Assembly (NCBI GenBank): GCA_951406725.2
Contig: OX597835.1
Span: forward strand, 35,154,001-35,218,000
DNA from: Octopus vulgaris
Taxonomy: Eukaryota
Direction of reading: 5' to 3'
Length of the DNA: 64,000 bases
Program-made: the position numbers and the translations under genes
The notes under the pieces: generated by a model
The model's input: the letters and a program-made list of their open reading frames with translations, nothing else
Database searches by the model: none
What the model was told of the DNA's origin: nothing
Shown here: positions 56,206-64,000 of the stretch, in pieces
Numbering within the stretch: position 1 is the first letter of the stretch
Layout of the letters: every line of letters begins with the position of its first letter

Positions 56206-59200
56206 ATGTCAAGTATGCTTAAATTAGGTTGTGTGAATGCGCGTGGCTTGGCGTCGGCTTGGAAGCAAGGTTACCTTCTAAACGACATCAAGTCACTGAA
56301 TGTGGATATAGTAGCTATCAGTGAAACCAGACTCAGTAAGCCGCGGGCCCTCGAGTCCATGTTTGGCAATCAATTTGACATTTATTTTTCTCCCTGTCTG
56401 CCGAACATGGGTGGTGGAGGTACCGCGGTGCTTTTTCGAAAGAGTCTAAATGTAAAAATAAGAGCAATATTCCTAGACCCGGAGGGTAGGCTGGTTGTCT
56501 TGGACGTGGATGGCAGAAATGGGTGTGCATTCCGTCTGATGGCAGTTTATGCACCGTCCTTAACGGGTCGCGCGGATTTCTTCAGACGTCTAGAGGTTTT
56601 CCTGGGTACGTCTAGACCTTTACTGTTAGTAGGGGATTGGAACGCTACCTTGGACACGCATCTTGATTATGTGGGAAGGGATAGGAATAGAAGGGGGTGT
56701 AAGAGCCTCAAAGACCTGCTCAGACGTTTCCATTTGTCTGACAGGTTCCGACTCGACCATCCGAACGTGCCAACGTGGACTTGGACAAACCGCGTCGGAT
56801 CGTCGAGATCTTATCTAGATAGAATTCTATGCAGGACAGCGGATAAGGATAGTGTAGGATGTCCACAATATAAAAGAGTCAGCTACACAGATCACAAATT
56901 TGTTACGTGTACGCTCGACTTAGATAAAACACATAGGCAGGTTCCGGTTACTGGAAACTGAACACGTCGCTGTTAGCGCGACAGGTTTACAGGAACCGGA
57001 TTAGCGAGTTAATTAAGAGGGCGCTGACGGGAGCCGTCGTTAACAACCGCTGGTGGTACGCCCTGAAAATGGCAATAAAATCGGAATCAATTAGGTTTAG
57101 CAAGGAATTAGCGATAGAACGAAATAGAGTAGAGGGAGACTTAGTTAAGAAACTAGAAGAGGCACTTACCACTGGCAGTGCAACCAACGTGCTGGCTGCG
57201 AGGATGGCCCTCGACCAACACCTCAACGCCAAGCACGAAGGTTGCGTCGTCAGAGCTAAAATGCGTGCCTTAAGGAAGGAAGGGATCGAAGCTGCGCGAG
57301 AGGCCCGGGTAGCGGAGGGCAGCGTGGTAACAGAGCCACCATTCGGTCTCTAATAGATCAACAGGGATGCAGTTTACTCGAACCCGAAAGGATGTGTGAG
57401 GCCTTTCAACAGCACTTTGCTCGACTGTTTGGTGCGAGTGGTGGGTCGGAACGCGGGATGGATTTCAGTGCCTACCTGACCGACCTGCCGCGGCTCTCGG
57501 CAAGAGAAGCGGAGTGTTGTGAAAGTCCCATCACAGCCGCTGACGTGTGGGATGCGATGGCGGGCTGCGCGAGGGATAAGTCGCCTGGATCGGATGGTTT
57601 ACCCTACGAGCTGTATTGTCGAATGCCAGACTTGTTTGGCGACCTCTTGGCATCAGTCTACTGCAACTGGCAACAAAACGGGAGAATCCCCGGTTTCGTG
57701 AGCCGAGGTGCAGTGACGTTGCTGAAGAAAGACCCAAACAAGGGGAATTTTATAGATAATTTCAGGCCCATCACTCTGCTCAACGCAGATTTGAAAATTT
57801 TGGCCAAAGTAATAGCCGAGAGGTTGGCGCTTGTCATTGGTAAACTGGTATACAGGGCGCAAACATGCGCCGTGCCGGGCAGAACCATACATGACAACCT
57901 CCATCTGATGCGCTACATTGTGGACAGGGTAGTTAAGGATCCTGGCATGGGTGGGGCGCTGATAAATTTGGATCAGTCTAAAGCCTTCGATAGGGTCGAC
58001 CATCGGTACTTGGCAGCCGTCCTTAGGGCGGCTGGCTTCGGTCCCGTCTTCCGCGGTTGGATCGCTGCCTTGTATAGCGGCATCCGATCGGTGATTCGGG
58101 TGAACGGTCACCTGTCGAAAACGTTTGACATCACGCGTTCGGTCCGTCAGGGGTGTCCCCTGTCGGCGCTTCTGTATGTATTGACTCTCGAGCCGCTACT
58201 GCGGAAGCTGGCGACACTGAGGGGCATCCCACGGGAACTGGGTTGCGGGACGAGCGTGTCGGCATATACGGACGATGTCACCGTCATAGTGTCGAGCGAC
58301 AAACACATCAAGATGATAGGCGAGACACTAAGAAAATACGAAACGGTGACGGGAGCAAAGATTAACCCGGAAAAGTCAGTGGGTTTGCTACTCGGCACCT
58401 GGAGAAGCAAGCCCATGCCGTCCGACTGCGGCTCAGTAGTGGGACGCTGGACGGACGGACCGCTTAAATTGCTCGGGGTCTGGTTCAGTCCTGACCTCCA
58501 AATGGATAAGAACTGGGACGAGATCACGAGTAGAGTGGTCGCTCTCAGCCAAACATGGGCCGAGAGAAAGCTGTCTCTAAAAGGCCGGGAGGAGGCGGCG
58601 AACGCGTACATCGCATCCGTCATCGATTACCGCCTGACCGTCGTACCTTGTCCCGACGCCACCATCACCAAACTGGCACGCATACTCATCCGCTACCTGT
58701 GGAAGGGTGGCGTTCCGATGGTGAGGATGTCCATTTGCTGCCAACATCCGTTGAATGGAGGACTGGGCATGCCGTGGTTGATGATGCGCAGGCATGCGCT
58801 GAGACTGCGACATCTCTGGAAATTCATCGACGACGGTGAACAGGTGTGGGCGCCGTTTGTGAGGCGCGACTTCCCGCAGCTCGTCTCACTGACCGAACTG
58901 CAAACGTGGATCAAAAAGAGGCCGAAACTGGGCGATTGGCACCGAGAGTGTCGCCAAGCTCTGCAGCAGCTCTGCCGACCGGAGTCAAACTTGTGCAACT
59001 TACAAACGACTAAAGCGTTCTATAGAGGACTAGTGGAGGGGAGGTCCGACGACACACTCGGGGCAAACCTGGGCATCGACGAAGAATTCCTAACCCGCCT
59101 GTTCAGGACGACGTTCGGGCCGGGGCCTATGGATAACTTCCAGAAATCCTGGCTTTGCAGTGCTATCGAGACGCACTACCTGTTCGAGAGAAGAGCTACA

Positions 59201-59652
59201 GACACGGTTCGAAAACCATCACCGGACCGACCTGCCCGAGATGCTGTCAGAGCGACGAAACCGTTCTGCACGCACTCGTACAGTGTCCAGATATTTCAGA
59301 GCTGTGGTCCTTCGTCGAACAGCTGTTGTCACGTGTAGGTCGGGCTCGCCTATCGGCCGAGTCTATCGTGAATATTGTTCCACCACCTTCCTTTAAACGG
59401 GAAGGGAAAACGGTTTTCGTTACGCTGATGGCTATGGCGAAAGAATGTGTGTGGTGGACGCGTTTGAAAGGACTGCAAACAAACACCTTCCTCTCTGGTC
59501 AGTCTCTCGTCAACTATTTCAAGTACCACTTGAAAAGGAGGATAAGAATAGAGAGGAAGGCTTTGTCGAACGAATGTTTTAATAAAAAGTGGGTAAAAGT
59601 GGCAAAAATGGTCAGTATGAAAGACGACACTATTTTAAGCATAAATCTGTAA
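56206..59652 (+). pseudogene. ORF2 (APE endonuclease, reverse transcriptase, Cys-rich domain) with three frameshifts
   Basis: NARGL, ISETR, GDWNA, SYLDR, TDH (EN); KSPGSDG, FRPITLLN, DQSKAFDRV, VRQGCPLS, YTDD (RT); CPRC..ETVLHALVQC. Frameshifts near 56940, 57320 and 59150. Confidence 0.92.
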
Positions 59653-59927
59653 CCAAAAGAGACAACGAGAAGTAAGGCGACTTACTCATGTGTTCTTTTT
59701 CGAATTGGTCTTTTTTGTAGGTTTTTCTTTCCAAGGCTACACCTAAACTGTGAACCTTATATATATATATATTGCCTTTTTATACACCACACAACCCACA
59801 GATCCCTATTGATCAAACGTGTTTTTTATTTGTGCCCCACCCATCCCACCGCGAAAAGAAAACATTCTACATTGTATTTCGTCCATTTTTATTCTGTGTT
59901 TAGCCCTGTGTGGCTACAATAAAAAGT

Positions 59928-60004
<77 letters not shown>

Positions 60005-60009
60005 TCTAT

Positions 60010-60066
<57 letters not shown>

Positions 60067-60076
60067 TCTATTCTAT

Positions 60077-60165
<89 letters not shown>

Positions 60166-60738
60166 ATATATATATATATTCATACACACACACACACACA
60201 CACATACACACACACACACATATATACATACATATATATATAGAAAACAAAGATATTTTATTCCACACGGGTAGAAATATAGGAAAATAGAATTTGAAAA
60301 TGCACTGAGAATAGTTTAAATATTTTTATTAATATATTTAAAAATTTAACCGGTTTCAAAGTTTACACTGATTTTCATGAAAATTTTAAATAGAAAGATG
60401 TAGTTATGTCGTACCTCTCTTACTTGTGACTAGTGCTTGAAGTTAGCCCTGTTTTTATAGAGTTTATGGCCCAAATTAGTATGTTTTAGATAGGATTTGA
60501 TTGGTAGAGGATAGTTTTGCAGGTTCCCCGCTACATCTGTGTGTTAGTATCAAGTGACAATGTTTGGCGTCGTAAGTTAAGGCTGACACGATTGACTGAA
60601 CAGATCCAGTCCAAACAACTAATTTTCTGAATATTTTCAGTCAAATTTTTGTTGAAAATTAACACACACACAGACACACTCACACAGACACATACAGACA
60701 CACACAGACACACACAGACACACACATACACACACACA

Positions 60739-60797
<59 letters not shown>

Positions 60798-62235
60798 CCA
60801 CACACACACATCAATACAGGAAATTGAAAATATTTTGGGTATTAGTTATTCAACATTACACGTGTTTCATTTGCTAATAGGATTTACAACATTGTACATG
60901 TAGTAGAAGACATGTAAGATATCTCCTGTTAGAAATTCTTCAGATAGAACATCAAATAATATATCAGAATAGTTAGCGTAGTATAGAACACTTCTCATTC
61001 TCTAAGTTAGGATCAACGAAGATAAGAATGAACGTAGACGACTAAGATAGAGAATGTTAAATCCAGACTAGACTGCAACGGACCTCCTGAGAAGTCAAGG
61101 AACTGCACGCTAGTCTCTATGATGCCTGAAACAAACAATAGAATACATCTGTATAGTTAGTATAGTATAGTTAGTATTTCAAGAATGAATAGTAGCGAAA
61201 TGCTAAGTGGTGATAATATATGTTACCGTAAATTAAAATGTAATATTCTTTGGTAATTAGTTGCAATAGAGATACTGAGGAACAAGCTTCTTCCTTTTGA
61301 ATAAGAATGTTCTGGTCCTCAGAATAAAACTGACACCATCTAAAAATGAAGCTTCGGGTTAAATCTACTGGGAATCATCTCTATGTGTTTTTATTCCTAA
61401 ATCGTGAATGATATTCATACAGAGTTTCCCTACATTGAAACTAACCAAAAGTGTATTCGCTTTTGTTGCTTTGGGAAGATGAGACAAAACTAAAAAAAAA
61501 AACACCAATGTCCTCTTGAATGAAAATAAATCTGAAAGGGTACAGTAGTTTGAAAATAATTCTTTCTACTACAGGCATAAGGCCTGAAATAATGGGTGGG
61601 GGTAGAAATGGGGACTAGTCGATTTCATTGCCCCGAGTACCCAGTCGGTGCTTGTTTTATTGACTCCGAAAGTATGAAAGGTAAAGTCGACCACGGCGGC
61701 ATTTAAACTCAGTATATAAAGAAATGCCATTACGCTTTATCACCGGCGTGCTAACGCTTCTACTATTTCTAATTGCTTAGACTATTATTGGTAGAAGCTG
61801 CCAGGTCAGCAATGATAAGATTAAGCTGTTGATATTTTGGTTTGAACAATTTGACATATTCACCACTTTGTTCTCTCACCACATTATGAGTATCCGTCGA
61901 CTTCTTTATTTTCCAGAGTTCATAAAATCTTGTAGCTTTTATTTCAAAATTGATAAGGCCATTCCTTTCTTTTGTTTAAAGCCACAAAGCCACATTACTG
62001 AGCTGCTTCATAATGCGATGCTTTATATTTTTCAGGTATTTCTGAATAAAATTTGTATCTTTTAACTCTTCTTCAGCTTGACATAATGCATGCTAAATAT
62101 TATCGGGATTGATAATATTTAGCATCCATTATGACAATAGATCCAATTTATCTGTCTGTTTGGTGTCCATTGTTTCATTCTTTTCTAGATTTTTAACCGC
62201 AGACTTTTCCGATTTCGTAATATTCTGTTTGACAA

Positions 62236-63178
62236 AGGCGGCGAGCTGCCAGAATCGCTAGCACGCCGGGCGAAATGCCTAACGGTATTTCGTCTGCCGC
62301 TACGTTCTGAGTTCTGAGTTCAAATTCCGCTGAGGTCGACTTTTGCCTTACATCCTTTCGGGGTCGAATAAATAAGTACCAGTTACGCACTGGGATCGAT
62401 ATAATCGACTTAATCCGTTTGTCCTTGTTTGTCCACGCTATGTTTAGCCCATTGTGCGTAATAAAGAAATAGGTATTTCGTCTACCGCTACGTTCTGAGT
62501 TCAAATTCCGCCGAGGTTTACTTTGCCTTTCATCTTTCGGGGTCGATAAATTAAGTACCAGTTACGCACTGGGGTTGATATAATCGACTTAATCCCTTTG
62601 TCTGTCCTTGTTTGTCCTCTCTGTGTTTAGCCCCTTGTGGGTAGTAAAGAAATAAGTATTTCATCTGCTGTTACGTTCTGAGTTCAAAATCCGCCGAGGT
62701 GGACTTTGCCTTTCATCCTTTCGGAGTCAATAAAATAAGTACCAGTTATGCAATGGGGACGATGTAATCGACTTAATCCGTTTGTTTGTCCTTGTTTGCT
62801 CCCTCCATGTTCAGCCCCTCGTGGGCAATAAAGAAATAAGAAACGTTAGTACGCTGGGTGAAATGCTTAGCGGTATTTCGTCTACCGTTATATTGTGAGT
62901 TCAAATTCCGCCGAGCTCGACTTTACCTTTCATCCTTTCGGGGTCGATAAATTAAGTACCAGTTACGTACTGGGGTCGATGTAATCGACTTAATCCGTTT
63001 GTCTGTCCTTGTTTGTCCACTCTATGTTTAGCCCCTTGTAGGCAATAAATAAATAGGTACTTCGTCTGACTTGACGTTCTGAAGTCAAATCCCGCCGAGT
63101 TCGACTTTGCCTTTCATCCCTTCGGGGTCGATAAATTAAGTACCAGTTGCGTACTGGGGTCAATCTACTCGACTGACA
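62236..63178 (+). mobile_element. Head-to-tail array of about five SINE family B units
   Basis: Repeated gttctgagttcaaattccgccgagg...ttagcccc.tgtgg..a.taaagaaata. Confidence 0.88.
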
Positions 63179-63465
63179 CCCTCCCCCGAAAATTTCAGGC
63201 CTTCTGCCTTCAGTAGAAAAGAATATTTTGTTTGACAAAACTAATTTATTATGTATATTGGTTTCAAATTTCGAGACAAAGCTAATAATTTTGGAGAAGG
63301 ACATAAGTCAATTACATTGAGTACAACGCTCAACTGGTACTTATATTATCTGCTCCTAGAAGGGATGACAAAATTGAGCTCCGCGGAATTTGAACTCAGA
63401 ACGTAAAGAGCTGAAAGAAATAACTATTGAGTATTTTGTCCGGCGTGCCACTTTCATATATGCAT

Positions 63466-63507
<42 letters not shown>

Positions 63508-64000
63508 ACACACCCACCCCACACACCCACACCCACACCCACACCCACACCATTATACACGTAAATACATACATACGTAGATACATACGTACGTACATAT
63601 GTAGATACATACACATATACATACATACGTACATAAATACATACGTACATACGTACATACATACACACATGCATGCATACATTCATAAATAGCTACGTAC
63701 ATACATATATACATATGCACATAAATACATACGCACATGCATACAGGCGCAGATAGATACATACATACATACATACACGCATACATACATACGTACATTC
63801 CTTTCAACTATAGGTAAAAAGAATGACCGTAAGATTGCACCAAGAAAGTTCCCCCCTGGGAGGCTCCAGGCAAAATTGCTTATGGAAGAGCAGCAGTGAC
63901 CCATGCGTAGCAACCTTTCCTCTCCATGCCACTCATATTGTCCAAGGGGAAGGCAAAAGGCCGATACACTTGACACTAGTAACATCGCACCTCATTTCTA

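Larger units (their letters stand above)
54081..59928 (+). mobile_element. Near full-length Tx1/L1-group non-LTR retrotransposon in (CTAT)n
   Basis: 5' UTR, ORF1, ORF2, AATAAA at 59918-59923, and in-phase (CTAT)n on both flanks. Confidence 0.92.

Noticed and set aside
57531-59486. Antisense and alternate-frame ORFs within the LINE
   Set aside because: They are shadow ORFs of the GC-rich ORF2.
60340-60390. Hammerhead on the minus strand (GAAACCGGTT)
   Set aside because: The stem III-like palindrome is present, but the core and stem II are too degenerate to support a call.
60523-60571. 49-nt micro-exon between ttttgcag and gtaagt
   Set aside because: Splice-like signals alone occur by chance, and the polypyrimidine tract is weak.

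Overview
This is eukaryotic, AT-rich, microsatellite-saturated intergenic or intronic DNA. The SINE repertoire looks cephalopod (Octopus-like), which is an inference. No host protein-coding gene is confidently visible, and most of the supplied ORFs are simple-repeat artefacts. The real coding content is all transposon-derived: a near full-length Tx1/L1-type LINE (54081-59928) sitting inside a (CTAT)n tract, a 5'-truncated R4/Dong-type RLE retrotransposon inside (AAT)n, RTE and mariner fragments, and Tx1-like ORF1 remnants. There are also several tRNA-derived SINE families, a non-autonomous Helitron, a TTAGGG-containing MITE and an 82-bp tandem array derived from a SINE. The most striking hidden layer is about 15 type I hammerhead-ribozyme (HHR) motifs from several unrelated small families, mostly embedded in (TA)n or (AAT)n and often in inverted or palindromic arrangements. 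One of them is a 353-nt terminally redundant unit that resembles a retrozyme, and some motifs have unusual catalytic cores (G3-C8 swap, CCGACGA). All motifs and coordinates were read by eye.
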